Origin: Candidatus Lightella neohaematopini
GTDB lineage: Bacteria; Pseudomonadota; Gammaproteobacteria; Enterobacterales; Enterobacteriaceae
Direction: 5' to 3'
DNA length: 64,000 nt
Assembly (NCBI GenBank): GCA_025728535.1
Contig: JAOBJO010000002.1
Location: 31,635-95,634, forward strand
Shown: positions 1-9,753 of the stretch, piece after piece
Layout: each line of letters begins with the position of its first letter
Numbering within the stretch: position 1 is the stretch's first letter
Program-made: the position numbers and the translations under genes
The notes under the pieces: generated by a model
The model's input: only the letters and a program-made list of their open reading frames with translations
What the model was told of the DNA's origin: nothing
The model's database searches: none

Positions 1-991
1 CTACTGTATTATTACCTTTAAGAATAATACTTGGATATTTCCAAGTTATTGCTGATCCAGTTTCTGATTGAATCCAGGACATTTTTGAATTATCACCTAC
101 ACATAATGCACGCTTAGTTACAAAATTTAATATCCCACTTACATTATTCATGCCTGCAAACCAATTTTGAATAGTAGAATATTTTACCACTGCATTATCT
201 AACACAATTATTTCTACCACTGCTGCATGTAATTGATAATTTTTTCTTATTGGTGCTGAACATCCTTCAATATAACTAACATAACTATCTTTATCTGCTA
301 TAATAATAGTGCGTTCAAATTGTCCTGTATTTATAGAGTTAATACGAAAATATGTAGACAGTTCTATTGGACATTTAACTCCTTTAGGGATATATATAAA
401 AGTACCATCTGACAATACCGCAGAATTAAGAGCTGAAAAAAAATTATCATTAATAGGAACAACACTACTTAAATATTTACGAACTAATTCTGGATAATTA
501 ATTATTGCAAAACTTAATGAACAAAAAATAATACCGTAACTCAACAATTCTTTTTGATAAGTAGTAGATACTGATACAGAATCAAATACTGCATCAATAG
601 CAATATTATTAATTTCTTCAGTAGGAATACCTAATTTATCAAATGTTTGTTTTACTTCATCAGTAAGATAATAGTTATTACTTTCTTTACTATTTAATAC
701 ATCACTATTATATTTTGGTGCAGAATAATAACTATAATTGTTATAATTAATATTAGGGTAATAAGCATTTAACCAGTGCGGTTCTCGCATACCTAACCAG
801 GTATGATAAGCTCGAAGACGAAATTCTAACATCCAATTTGGTTCATGTTTTTTTTTAGAAATAGTACGTATTACTTGCTCATTTAATCCATTACTTAATT
901 CATCACTAACTAATTTAGTATAAAATCCTTCTTTATATCCAACATTTGTTTTTACTAAATTAATTATATCTTTTTCATTTTTATTTATCAT
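1..991 (-). CDS. sufB: Fe-S cluster assembly protein SufB, N-terminal ~330 codons; the 3' end lies beyond the left window edge
   Basis: Absent from the ORF track because no stop codon falls inside the window. Minus-strand translation from the ATG at 991-989 reads MINKNEKDIINLVKTNVGYKEGFY..EPNWMLEFRLRAYHTWLGMREPHW..GQFERTIIIADKDSYVSYIEGCSAP..YQLHAAVVE..ILNFVTKRALC..SWIQSETGSAITWKYPSIILKG. This is colinear with E. coli SufB and open to position 1. Confidence 0.9.
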   Translation of the reverse strand, partial: MINKNEKDIINLVKTNVGYKEGFYTKLVSDELSNGLNEQVIRTISKKKHEPNWMLEFRLRAYHTWLGMREPHWLNAYYPNINYNNYSYYSAPKYNSDVLNSKESNNYYLTDEVKQTFDKLGIPTEEINNIAIDAVFDSVSVSTTYQKELLSYGIIFCSLSFAIINYPELVRKYLSSVVPINDNFFSALNSAVLSDGTFIYIPKGVKCPIELSTYFRINSINTGQFERTIIIADKDSYVSYIEGCSAPIRKNYQLHAAVVEIIVLDNAVVKYSTIQNWFAGMNNVSGILNFVTKRALCVGDNSKMSWIQSETGSAITWKYPSIILKGNNTV

Positions 992-1152
992 TATATGTAC
1001 TTATTAATATTAATAAATCTTTATCTTAAAATATTAATAATTTTTTTAATAAATTATCTAAAAAAATCAACCAAAGAAGACTAAATATAACATTATAATT
1101 ACTAATAAATAATTATCAATATAAAAAATATTTCTTAACCAAAAAAATTAAT

Positions 1153-3522
1153 TTATCTTAAACAGGCACCAAATTTCTGTTTTAATTTTAAAAAACATTC
1201 ATTAACAATATTAGATATTTCACTTTCTTTTAAATTACAGTAATAATTTTGTATTTTTATACTAATAGTAATACTTTTATAACCTTTAGAAATGTTACCA
1301 CCTTTGTACACATCAAATATTTTAACATTAATTAATCTAGTATCAATACATTTTTTACATTCTTTAATAATATCAATAGATAATATACTATCTGATACTA
1401 TAATAGATAATTCCCTATAGCTTACTGGATACTTAGATAATAAATTAAATTTTTTATTTTCATTAAATTTATTAATATTATTCCATAATAGTTCAAAAAC
1501 TAATATTTTATTTGGTAAAGATAATTTGTTTTGTATTAATGGATGTATAGTTCCAACTAAACCTATATAAATATTTTTAAAAAAAATATATGCACTTTGT
1601 CCGGGATGTAGTATTTGGTTGTTACAAATTCTAAATTCTATACTATCTACTATACCAATCAAATTAAATATCGATTCTAAATCACCCTTAATATCATAAA
1701 AATCTAATAATCTATTTGATAAGTTCCAACACTTATACGAATAATTACCGTATATTAATCCTGATAACATAAAATATTGTGTAATATAATTATTATTTGT
1801 ACAATTTTCATTATAAGAAAAACAAAATCCTGATTCGAATAAACGAATACATTGTAGTTGCCTATTTTTATTGTAAATTAATGCTTGAATTAATCCTGGT
1901 AACAAAGATAATCTCATAGATGACATATTAGTATTTATCGGATTGGTTAATGTAATTAATTTTTTATTTGGATATAATAAATTTTGTAATTGCTTATCAG
2001 TAAAACTATAACTAATAATTTCTTGGTATCCTCTATCTACCAATAGTATCTTAACACGATCTAATAATGTTAATAACTTATGCTCAGATAATATTATCTG
2101 CTTTTTACTATTTAATGTATTGTTATAAATATTATTAAAGCCATATATACGTATTAATTCTTCAATTAAGTCTTCTTCTTGTAATAAATCACAACGCCAA
2201 CTAGGAGCATAAACACGCCAAGAATATTTATTTTTATTAACTGAACAACCAATATTATTTAGTATATTATCTATATTAGAATCTGATATCTTAACTCCAG
2301 TAACCTTATAAAATTTACTTTTTTTTAACACTATTTGTTTATTTTTTGGTAATAGCCTATCATGGGTTATATTTATAACTGGTCCTGGAACACCACCATA
2401 TATTTTTACTAATAACTCAGTAGTTTTTTCTATAACAACTGTTACTAAACGATAATCTAATTTATTCATGATAATATTAAAATTATTATGTTTAGTAAAT
2501 TTATTAATATAAGTAATACTATCTAAAGTATTAAAGAAAGCACAACCAATAACTATATCAACATTATCATTTGTGTTACTAGATAATTCTAAATAAGATA
2601 ATATTTTTCTATAATTAGAAATTACTATATTCTTAGGTAAGAAATCTAATTTATTATATTTCACATTATCAGTTGATTGTAATTCACGAATTATAATTCC
2701 ATTACTAACAATATTTTTACTAAAAATCATTACTACATAACCTAATTCCAAAAAAATATAATTAATAATATCTAAAATAGAAAATGTTAATTTTATACCT
2801 ACTCTGCGTAATTTTTCTAATAACCATATAGGTAATGGATTATTAATGCTAATATTTTTAATTATTCTTGATAAATAAATTGGACATATACAAGGAACTT
2901 TTATAGTAATTTTAATAATATCTTTTATTTTTGGTGGTATTAATTGATAATAATTAGATAAATTAAACTTAACATTATTAAGTACTAGTATCTCCCTAGC
3001 TAATCCTAGAACGTTATAACAATCAACTCGATTAAACGGAATATTAACATTAATAATATTATCATTTAAATTTAAATATTTCTTTACATCATAACCTATT
3101 GGAGCATTATGTGGTAATATTATAATATTATTACCATATTCACTTATACCTAAGTCTAAAAATGAGCATAAAATACCTTCTGATATTATACCGTTTGTTT
3201 TAATACATGTTATATGTTTATTAGCTAAAGTAGTGGTACCTACTGGAGCAACTACTACTTTAGTATTCAAGTTAACTATTACATTATCTAAAATAATATT
3301 AATAATTTTGTAACCAACATTAATTTTTAGTAAAAATAAGTTATTTAACTTTGATAAATATTTAATTTCTATAATACTACCAATTATTAATCCAGAAATA
3401 TTATTATCTAGTGAATTTATACTATCTATTTCAAATCCTGCTATAGTTAATTTATTAACTAAATAATTTATGTTGATATCTAAATTTACAATTTCGCGTA
3501 ACCAAAATTCACTAAATATCAT
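1153..3522 (-). CDS. pheT: Phenylalanine--tRNA ligase beta subunit
   Basis: 789-aa ORF directly downstream of pheS. The N-terminus MIFSEFWLREIVN matches E. coli PheT MKFSELWLREWVN, and the length is close to the E. coli protein (795 aa). Confidence 0.95.
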   Translation of the reverse strand: MIFSEFWLREIVNLDININYLVNKLTIAGFEIDSINSLDNNISGLIIGSIIEIKYLSKLNNLFLLKINVGYKIINIILDNVIVNLNTKVVVAPVGTTTLANKHITCIKTNGIISEGILCSFLDLGISEYGNNIIILPHNAPIGYDVKKYLNLNDNIINVNIPFNRVDCYNVLGLAREILVLNNVKFNLSNYYQLIPPKIKDIIKITIKVPCICPIYLSRIIKNISINNPLPIWLLEKLRRVGIKLTFSILDIINYIFLELGYVVMIFSKNIVSNGIIIRELQSTDNVKYNKLDFLPKNIVISNYRKILSYLELSSNTNDNVDIVIGCAFFNTLDSITYINKFTKHNNFNIIMNKLDYRLVTVVIEKTTELLVKIYGGVPGPVINITHDRLLPKNKQIVLKKSKFYKVTGVKISDSNIDNILNNIGCSVNKNKYSWRVYAPSWRCDLLQEEDLIEELIRIYGFNNIYNNTLNSKKQIILSEHKLLTLLDRVKILLVDRGYQEIISYSFTDKQLQNLLYPNKKLITLTNPINTNMSSMRLSLLPGLIQALIYNKNRQLQCIRLFESGFCFSYNENCTNNNYITQYFMLSGLIYGNYSYKCWNLSNRLLDFYDIKGDLESIFNLIGIVDSIEFRICNNQILHPGQSAYIFFKNIYIGLVGTIHPLIQNKLSLPNKILVFELLWNNINKFNENKKFNLLSKYPVSYRELSIIVSDSILSIDIIKECKKCIDTRLINVKIFDVYKGGNISKGYKSITISIKIQNYYCNLKESEISNIVNECFLKLKQKFGACLR

Positions 3523-3533
3523 TTAGTATCTCA

Positions 3534-4514
3534 TTATTTAAATTGTTTAAGAAAACGTAAATCATTTTTAAAAAAATACCTTATATCATCAATATTATAA
3601 CGTATCATAACTAATCGTTCTATTCCTAATCCAAATGCAAAACCAGAAAAAATTTTTGTATTTATATTTAAATTTTTTAATACTTTTGGATGAACCATAC
3701 CACAACCAATAACCTCTAACCATCTATTATTAATCATTATATCAACTTCCATTGAAGGTTCAGTAAATGGAAAATAGGACATACGAAAACGAATTGTTAT
3801 TTTCTTATTAAAGAAAGAACTTAAAAATTCACATATCATATCTTTTAAATGAAGTAAATTTATATTATAATCAATAACTAATCCTTCCATTTGATGGAAC
3901 ATTGGTGTGTGAGTAGCATTATAATCTTTTCTATAAACTTTGCCAAAAGAAATAATACGTGTTGGTGGCTTATTATGCTTCATATGTCTGATTTGCATAC
4001 TAGATGTTTGTGTACGTAATAATATTTCTTTATTTAACCAAAAAGTATCTTTAGGATTTCTTGATGGATGATTAACTGGTATATTTAATGCATCAAAATT
4101 ATGATAATTATCCTCTATTTCTAATCCAGGAACATTAATAAAATTTAATTTACAAAAAAAATAACTAATATCTATTATTGCAGATGTAATTGGATGTAAT
4201 CCACCAATACTAATAGTTCTTCCGGGAAGAGAAATATCTATTTTTTCATTAATTACTGATTCTTCTAATATTTTTTTTTCTAAATATATTCTATGTTTTG
4301 ATATTATATTTATAATATCACACTTAGTTTTATTAATTAATTTACCTGCATAAGATCTATCTTTTATATTTATTAAATGTATTTTTTTTGTTAATTTACT
4401 TAGGTAACTATTCTTACCTAAGAATTTACTGTAAATTAAGTTTAAATCATAAATATTCTTTGATAAGAATAACTCTTTTTTTACCTTGTTAAGTAAATTT
4501 TTAATGTTAGACAT
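3534..4514 (-). CDS. pheS: Phenylalanine--tRNA ligase alpha subunit
   Basis: 326-aa ORF with class II synthetase motifs (FRMSYFPFTEPS, GFAFGLGIERLVM). It sits in the conserved rplT-pheS-pheT order. Confidence 0.95.
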   Translation of the reverse strand: MSNIKNLLNKVKKELFLSKNIYDLNLIYSKFLGKNSYLSKLTKKIHLINIKDRSYAGKLINKTKCDIINIISKHRIYLEKKILEESVINEKIDISLPGRTISIGGLHPITSAIIDISYFFCKLNFINVPGLEIEDNYHNFDALNIPVNHPSRNPKDTFWLNKEILLRTQTSSMQIRHMKHNKPPTRIISFGKVYRKDYNATHTPMFHQMEGLVIDYNINLLHLKDMICEFLSSFFNKKITIRFRMSYFPFTEPSMEVDIMINNRWLEVIGCGMVHPKVLKNLNINTKIFSGFAFGLGIERLVMIRYNIDDIRYFFKNDLRFLKQFK

Positions 4515-4546
4515 ATTAATAAAAAAAATTAAATAATGAATAAAAT

Positions 4547-4894
4547 TTATTGTTTTATTTGTTTAATTAAATTTTCAAATATTTTTGGATTATTTATAAC
4601 TATATTAGCAATTATTTTTCTATTTATCAGAATAGATAATTTTCTTAACTTATATATTAATTGACTATATTTTAGTCCGTATAATCTAGAAGCTGCATTT
4701 ATTTTAATAATCCATGATTTACGAAATTGTCTTTTTCTATTTCTACGATCTCTATAACTATATTGGTGAGATTTAATAACTGCTTGAAAAGCAGAACGAT
4801 ATGTTCTTGATCTAGCTCCATAGTAACCACTAGCTTGCTTTAATATTTTTTTATGTCTTCGATGAGCAGTTACCCCTCTTTTTACACGAGTCAT
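4547..4894 (-). CDS. rplT: 50S ribosomal protein L20
   Basis: [30 protein letters not shown] matches the E. coli L20 N-terminus. I use the ATG at 4894, which follows a GGAGG Shine-Dalgarno; the ORF-track start at 4906 is an upstream TTG that adds 4 residues. Confidence 0.93.
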   Translation of the reverse strand: MTRVKRGVTAHRRHKKILKQASGYYGARSRTYRSAFQAVIKSHQYSYRDRRNRKRQFRKSWIIKINAASRLYGLKYSQLIYKLRKLSILINRKIIANIVINNPKIFENLIKQIKQ

Positions 4895-4915
4895 ATAATC
4901 CTCCAAAAATTACCA

Positions 4916-5113
4916 TTACAAATAAGGTAAACATTTATTAATTATTTTTAAGTTACTTCTTGTTACCATTGCTTTAGATCTTAACTGTCTTTTTTGTTTT
5001 GATGTTTTTTTTATTAAAATATGACGCATGTTAGATTTTTTATACTTAATTTTACCAGATGATAGTTTTCTAAACCTCTTTGCGAAACTACGTATTGTTT
5101 TTATTTTTAACAT
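4916..5113 (-). CDS. rpmI: 50S ribosomal protein L35
   Basis: MLKIKTIRSFAKRF...RHILIKK...CLPYL matches E. coli L35 (MPKIKTVRGAAKRF..RHILTKK..CLPYA). It lies between infC and rplT. Confidence 0.95.
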   Translation of the reverse strand: MLKIKTIRSFAKRFRKLSSGKIKYKKSNMRHILIKKTSKQKRQLRSKAMVTRSNLKIINKCLPYL

Positions 5114-5133
5114 ATTTGCTACTCTTTGTAATT

Positions 5134-5682
5134 TTATGTTTTATCTATATTTTTTTGTGGGGTTAACATAACACTAATTTGTTTACCTTCAATTTTTAAT
5201 AATGAATTATCCATAATTATTAATTTATGTAAATCATTTTTCATACATTTTAGTATATTAATACCAATTTGTTGATGTATAATTTCTCTACCTCTAAATT
5301 TTATAGTTACCTTTACTTTATTACCCTTATTTAGAAATCTAATAATATTACGTAATTTAATATTGTAATCATTTTTTTGTGTATTTGGTCTAAACTTAAT
5401 TTCTTTAACATGTAAAGATTTTTGTTTCTTTTTTTGTTCTTTAATTAATTTACTCTTTTCATATAAAAACTTACCATAATTTATTATTTTACAAATAGGA
5501 GGGATAATATTAGAATTAATTTCTATTAAATCGGCATTTAACTTACTTGCTCTAAGTAAAGCATCTTGTAGGGTAACAATACCAATTTGTTTTGAATCTA
5601 TATTAATTAAACGTACTTTATCTGCTCTTATCTCTTCATTAATTCTGTTTTTAAATTTAATTAATTTTGACCTTATGTTAAT
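5134..5682 (-). CDS. infC: Translation initiation factor IF-3, with a non-canonical ATT start codon
   Basis: Not in the ORF track. Minus-strand translation from the ATT at 5682-5680 gives (M)NIRSKLIKFKNRINEEIRADKVRLINIDSKQIGIVTLQDALLRASKLNADLIEINSNIIPPICKIINYGKFLYEKSK..EIKFRPNTQKNDYNIKLRNIIRFL..FRGREIIHQQIG..TPQKNIDKT, then TAA at 5136-5134. This is colinear with E. coli IF3. An in-frame TAA lies 2 codons upstream of the ATT, and GGGAG lies 10 nt upstream. The length is 549 nt, divisible by 3. Confidence 0.9.
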   Translation of the reverse strand: MNIRSKLIKFKNRINEEIRADKVRLINIDSKQIGIVTLQDALLRASKLNADLIEINSNIIPPICKIINYGKFLYEKSKLIKEQKKKQKSLHVKEIKFRPNTQKNDYNIKLRNIIRFLNKGNKVKVTIKFRGREIIHQQIGINILKCMKNDLHKLIIMDNSLLKIEGKQISVMLTPQKNIDKT

Positions 5683-5706
5683 TTTAGTTTAACTCCCATA
5701 TTAATT

Positions 5707-6942
5707 TTAAATTAAATAATTATTTATTTCGTATTTAATCTTTTCTATAAATTCATTAATACTTACAATGTAAAAATCTTTATTTTTACTAGTCCTAACT
5801 GATAATTTTTTTGAAGATATTTCTTCATTACCGCAAACAATTATGTATGGTATTCTATGAATAATATATTCTCTAATCTTAAAACCCAATTTTTTATTTC
5901 TAGTATCTATTTTAGTTCTTATATCTAATGATATAAGGATTTTCCCAACTTTGTTAACATAATCATATTGATTAATGCTTATATTTGTGATAACTACCTG
6001 TATTGGTGCTAACCATATTGGATAATATCCGGCATATTCTTCTGTAATTATTCCTATAAAACGCTCTATTGATCCTAAAATAGAACGATGTATCATAATT
6101 GGGGTACTACGTGAATTATTTTTATTAATATAAAAAGAATTTAAACGATTCGGAAGAAAAAAGTCTAATTGTATAGTACCACATTGCCAAAATCTTCCTA
6201 ATGAATCTAGTAACACAAATTCTATTTTTGGTCCATAAAAAGCACCATCACCTAATTGATAATCAAAAACTATATTGTTTACTTTTAATGAGTTAATTAA
6301 CTTTTCCTCAGCCCAATTCCAAGTATCATCATCACCAATTCTATACTTTGGTCTAGTTGATAATTTAACTTTAATATTTTTAAAACCAAATATACTATAA
6401 ATATGATATATCATATTTATACAATTATTGATTTCGTTATATATTTGTTCTTCTGTACAAAATATATGTGCATCATCCTGAGTAAAATTACGTATACGCA
6501 TTAATCCATATAAAGATCCAGATGGTTCATTTCTGTGACAACTACCAAATTCTGCTATTCTTAGTGGTAAATTACGATAAGATCTTATTGTTTGATTAAA
6601 TATTTGTATATGTCCAGGACAATTCATTGGTTTAATACAATATTCTCTATTTTCTGAGTTAGTAGTAAATATATGATCTGAATAATTATCCCAATGACCT
6701 GTAACTTTCCATATATTTTTATCCATCATGGATGGGCACTTAACTTCTTGATAACAAAAATTATTTAGTTGTAATCTAATAAATTTTTCTAATTCTTTAA
6801 ATATAACTAAACCATTATTATGCCAAAATATCATTCCTGGTGCTTCTTCTTGTATATGATACAAATCTAGTTGCTTAGCAATTTTTCGATGATCACAAAA
6901 GACATTATTTTTATAGTTATCCTGATACATTAAATTTTTCAA
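5707..6942 (-). CDS. thrS: Threonine--tRNA ligase, catalytic and anticodon-binding domains only (N-terminal TGS and editing domains absent)
   Basis: 411-aa [49 protein letters not shown] and [13 protein letters not shown] align to E. coli ThrRS from about residue 240 to the C-terminus. The ORF-track start is a TTG at 6942 and the first ATG is at 6930. An in-frame TAA lies 2 codons upstream of the TTG. Confidence 0.9.
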   Translation of the reverse strand: MKNLMYQDNYKNNVFCDHRKIAKQLDLYHIQEEAPGMIFWHNNGLVIFKELEKFIRLQLNNFCYQEVKCPSMMDKNIWKVTGHWDNYSDHIFTTNSENREYCIKPMNCPGHIQIFNQTIRSYRNLPLRIAEFGSCHRNEPSGSLYGLMRIRNFTQDDAHIFCTEEQIYNEINNCINMIYHIYSIFGFKNIKVKLSTRPKYRIGDDDTWNWAEEKLINSLKVNNIVFDYQLGDGAFYGPKIEFVLLDSLGRFWQCGTIQLDFFLPNRLNSFYINKNNSRSTPIMIHRSILGSIERFIGIITEEYAGYYPIWLAPIQVVITNISINQYDYVNKVGKILISLDIRTKIDTRNKKLGFKIREYIIHRIPYIIVCGNEEISSKKLSVRTSKNKDFYIVSINEFIEKIKYEINNYLI

Positions 6943-7131
6943 AATTAATTAATTAAATTATTAAAATTATATTATCTTAACAAGATATCATTCTTGTAAA
7001 AAAACTGCAATATATCTGTATTTAATTTTCTTAAACTAAATATATTAGTTGTAATTTGTCATAAATTGTTAATATACTATACCATTTTGTATAGTATTAA
7101 TTTTAATAAATTAAAATAATTATTTATAATT

Positions 7132-7611
7132 ATGACAGCTGAAGGACATATTTATTTTGCTATATCTAACATAATTTTAATAAAAAAAACTAAGTTGATA
7201 CAATCAATGGCTAATAGTGATTGGTATCATATTATTTTAGGGGGTTTAATAACTTGTTTACTACCAGATATAGATCATCCTAAATCATTTATAGGAAAAA
7301 GACTTAAGTGGTTATCTATACCAATTTATAAAATTTTTGGACATAGAAGTGTTACTCATAGTTTATTATTAATAATTATAATAATAATTTGTATAAATAT
7401 TAAACAAATTAATATTCCCATAGATGTAATCTATGCAATGATTATAGGATATATTAGTCATATAATTGCTGACATATTAACTCCTGCAGGAATTCCTTTA
7501 TTGTGGCCATACAATAAAAAATTTAGTATACCAATAATGAAAAAATCTAATATTAGAATAGAAAGATTAATATCAATAATTATTATTATTTATTCAGTAA
7601 TACTAAATTAG
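7132..7611 (+). CDS. ydjM: Inner-membrane metal-dependent hydrolase, YdjM family (DUF457)
   Basis: MTAEGHIYFAIS..DWYHI..LLPDIDHPKSFIGKRLKWLS..FGHRSVTHSLL..ISHIIADILTPAGIPLLWP closely matches E. coli YdjM (MTAEGHLLFSIA..LLPDIDHPKSFLGQRLKW..FGHRGFTHSLL..LSHILADMLTPAGVPLLWP). Confidence 0.85.
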   Translation: MTAEGHIYFAISNIILIKKTKLIQSMANSDWYHIILGGLITCLLPDIDHPKSFIGKRLKWLSIPIYKIFGHRSVTHSLLLIIIIIICINIKQINIPIDVIYAMIIGYISHIIADILTPAGIPLLWPYNKKFSIPIMKKSNIRIERLISIIIIIYSVILN

Positions 7612-7626
7612 ATTATTAAAATTATA

Positions 7627-8724
7627 TTAACTATATCTAGTAGAAAAATTATACATAAATTTAGCAAGTTTCTTTACTCCTATTAATGGCATGCTATTAT
7701 ATAAAGATATCCTGATACCACCAACTGCTTTATGACCAGATAAATTTAAAAAACCGGCATGATGAGATTCTTTTAGAAATAATTTATGTAAATTAATATT
7801 AGATAATGTAAATGTTATATTAGTGTATGATCGATACTTAGGTGAAATATTATTATGATATAAATTACTATTATCTATTATCTTATATAAGATATTAGAT
7901 TTAGTCTTATTTATTTTTTCAACTTTAGATAATCCTCCTTGTTTTGTTAACCATTTAAGCATTAAATTAGTAACATACCAAATAAAAGTAGGTGGAGTAC
8001 TAAACATAGAATTATACTTTACTAAGTATTGATAATTAAAAGTTGATGGTATTGTGTTGCTTTTATTTATATTTATTAAGTCATCTCTTATTATTAATAA
8101 AGTTAATCCAGATAAACCAATATTTTTTTGAGTACTTGCATATATTAAACCAAATTTACTTATATCTAATACACGAGATAATATTATAGATGAACAATCA
8201 GCAACAACAACATGATTATGAAAATTAGGTAATTCATCAATATATATACCATCTACTGTTTCGTTAGGACAGTAATGTAAATATAAACTATTATTTGAAA
8301 TTAACCAATTATTCATAGGATGAACTTTTATCAATCCATTTTCTTTATATAACACATCTATTCTATTAACAATACAATATTTTTTTGCTTCATTTATAGC
8401 AATATTGGACCAATACCCGCTATTTATATAATCAGTAGAATTAAATTTACTTTTTATAAAATTAATTGGAATAATAGAAAATTGTACTCTTGCTCCACCA
8501 AAACAAAATATTATTTTATAATTTAATGGTATGTTTAATAACTTACGTAAATATTTTTTAGTACTTTCTACTATATAAACAAAATAATCACTACGATGGT
8601 TAATTTCCATTACAGATATTTTTGTATTATTCCAATCTAATAAATCTTTTTTTATTTGTTTTAATACAGGATAAGGAATCATTGCTTGACTAGCACTAAA
8701 GTTAAATACTTTTTTGTGTAACAT
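7627..8724 (-). CDS. serC: Phosphoserine aminotransferase
   Basis: 365-aa ORF. VFNFSASQAMIPYPVLKQ..VMEINHRS..NYKIIFCFGGARVQF matches E. coli SerC (IFNFSSGPAMLPAEVLKQ..VMEVSHRG..NYKVLFCHGGGRGQF). Confidence 0.93.
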   Translation of the reverse strand: MLHKKVFNFSASQAMIPYPVLKQIKKDLLDWNNTKISVMEINHRSDYFVYIVESTKKYLRKLLNIPLNYKIIFCFGGARVQFSIIPINFIKSKFNSTDYINSGYWSNIAINEAKKYCIVNRIDVLYKENGLIKVHPMNNWLISNNSLYLHYCPNETVDGIYIDELPNFHNHVVVADCSSIILSRVLDISKFGLIYASTQKNIGLSGLTLLIIRDDLININKSNTIPSTFNYQYLVKYNSMFSTPPTFIWYVTNLMLKWLTKQGGLSKVEKINKTKSNILYKIIDNSNLYHNNISPKYRSYTNITFTLSNINLHKLFLKESHHAGFLNLSGHKAVGGIRISLYNSMPLIGVKKLAKFMYNFSTRYS

Positions 8725-8743
8725 AATATAAATTTATGTCTAC

Positions 8744-9133
8744 TTAACGTTTAGAAAATTGTGGGCGACAACGTGATTTTTTTAATCCAACCTTTTTTCT
8801 TTCTACAATACGAGAATCTCTAGTAATAAATCCTGACTCACGTAATTTACGATATAATTTATTATTATAAGTTATTAAAGCACGAGAAATACCATGTTTA
8901 ATTGCATTTGCTTGACCCAAAATACCACCACCTTTAACTGTTATGTATATGTTAAATTTATTTAATAAATTAACTACACTTAATACTTGATTAATTTTAA
9001 AAATAATTATTTTTTTATTATAATACTTATTAATATCAATATTATTAATTATTATTTTATTATTTCCTTCTTTTAAAAAAATCCTAGCAATAGAACTTTT
9101 TCTACGTCCAGTACCATAATAACATAAAGACAT
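8744..9133 (-). CDS. rpsI: 30S ribosomal protein S9
   Basis: 129-aa ORF with [36 protein letters not shown] and a C-terminal [12 protein letters not shown]. It follows rplM as in E. coli. Confidence 0.95.
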   Translation of the reverse strand: MSLCYYGTGRRKSSIARIFLKEGNNKIIINNIDINKYYNKKIIIFKINQVLSVVNLLNKFNIYITVKGGGILGQANAIKHGISRALITYNNKLYRKLRESGFITRDSRIVERKKVGLKKSRCRPQFSKR

Positions 9134-9145
9134 GATATATTCCGT

Positions 9146-9550
9146 TTATAAATTAAATACTTTTGGTTTTTGTGATATATATTTATGATCACAATTTAAA
9201 TGAATTCTTAATTTCTTAATTATTATCTTCTTCAAAGAATTACGGGGCAACATACCATTAACAGCATGTAATATAACATATCTTGGATCTTTTATAAAAA
9301 GATCTTTAAACGATAATTTTTTTAAATTACCAATATAACCAGTATGTTTATAGTATATTTTATCTCTATACTTATTACCAGTTACAATTATTTTACTAGC
9401 ATTGATTACTATAACATAATCACCAGTAACTAAATTAGGTAGATAATTAATTTTATGTTTGCCAATTAATAAATTAGCAACATTACTAGCAAGGCGCCCC
9501 AATACTTGATTTTCTGCATTAACTATATGCCAACAACAATTATTACTCAT
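9146..9550 (-). CDS. rplM: 50S ribosomal protein L13
   Basis: WHIVNAENQVLGRLAS..GKHK..TGDYVIVINASKIIVTGNK..YYKHTGYIG..GMLPRN matches E. coli L13. It is about 8 residues shorter at the N-terminus than the E. coli protein, so the start is somewhat uncertain. Confidence 0.92.
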   Translation of the reverse strand: MSNNCCWHIVNAENQVLGRLASNVANLLIGKHKINYLPNLVTGDYVIVINASKIIVTGNKYRDKIYYKHTGYIGNLKKLSFKDLFIKDPRYVILHAVNGMLPRNSLKKIIIKKLRIHLNCDHKYISQKPKVFNL

Positions 9551-9753
9551 AGTAAATCGTCGATAAAATAAAATATTAAATTAATCAGATTATTATATTA
9601 TTAACTTTATTTAATATCAACAAATTAAAATATTATATTTTAATTTTATTAATTTTTAATTTGTATGTATATAATGTATATTTAGTTGTTATAAAGCTGC
9701 AATTTAATTTGAAGAAAAACTTAATATAAACATTAATTAAAAGGTAATTATGC

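Noticed and set aside
309-497. 62-aa plus-strand ORF from the ORF track
   Set aside because: It lies entirely antisense within the well-supported sufB coding region and resembles nothing I recognise. Such ORFs arise easily in AT-rich DNA.
7074-7097. 9-bp perfect inverted repeat ATACTATAC-N6-GTATAGTAT upstream of ydjM, considered as a LexA-box relic because ydjM is SOS-regulated in E. coli; also ACTGCAATATATCTGT at about 7006-7021
   Set aside because: Neither fits CTGT-N8-ACAG: the first is CTAT-N10-ATAG and the second is a direct repeat, not inverted. A rough estimate suggests tens of 9-bp AT-only inverted repeats are expected by chance in 64 kb of this composition.
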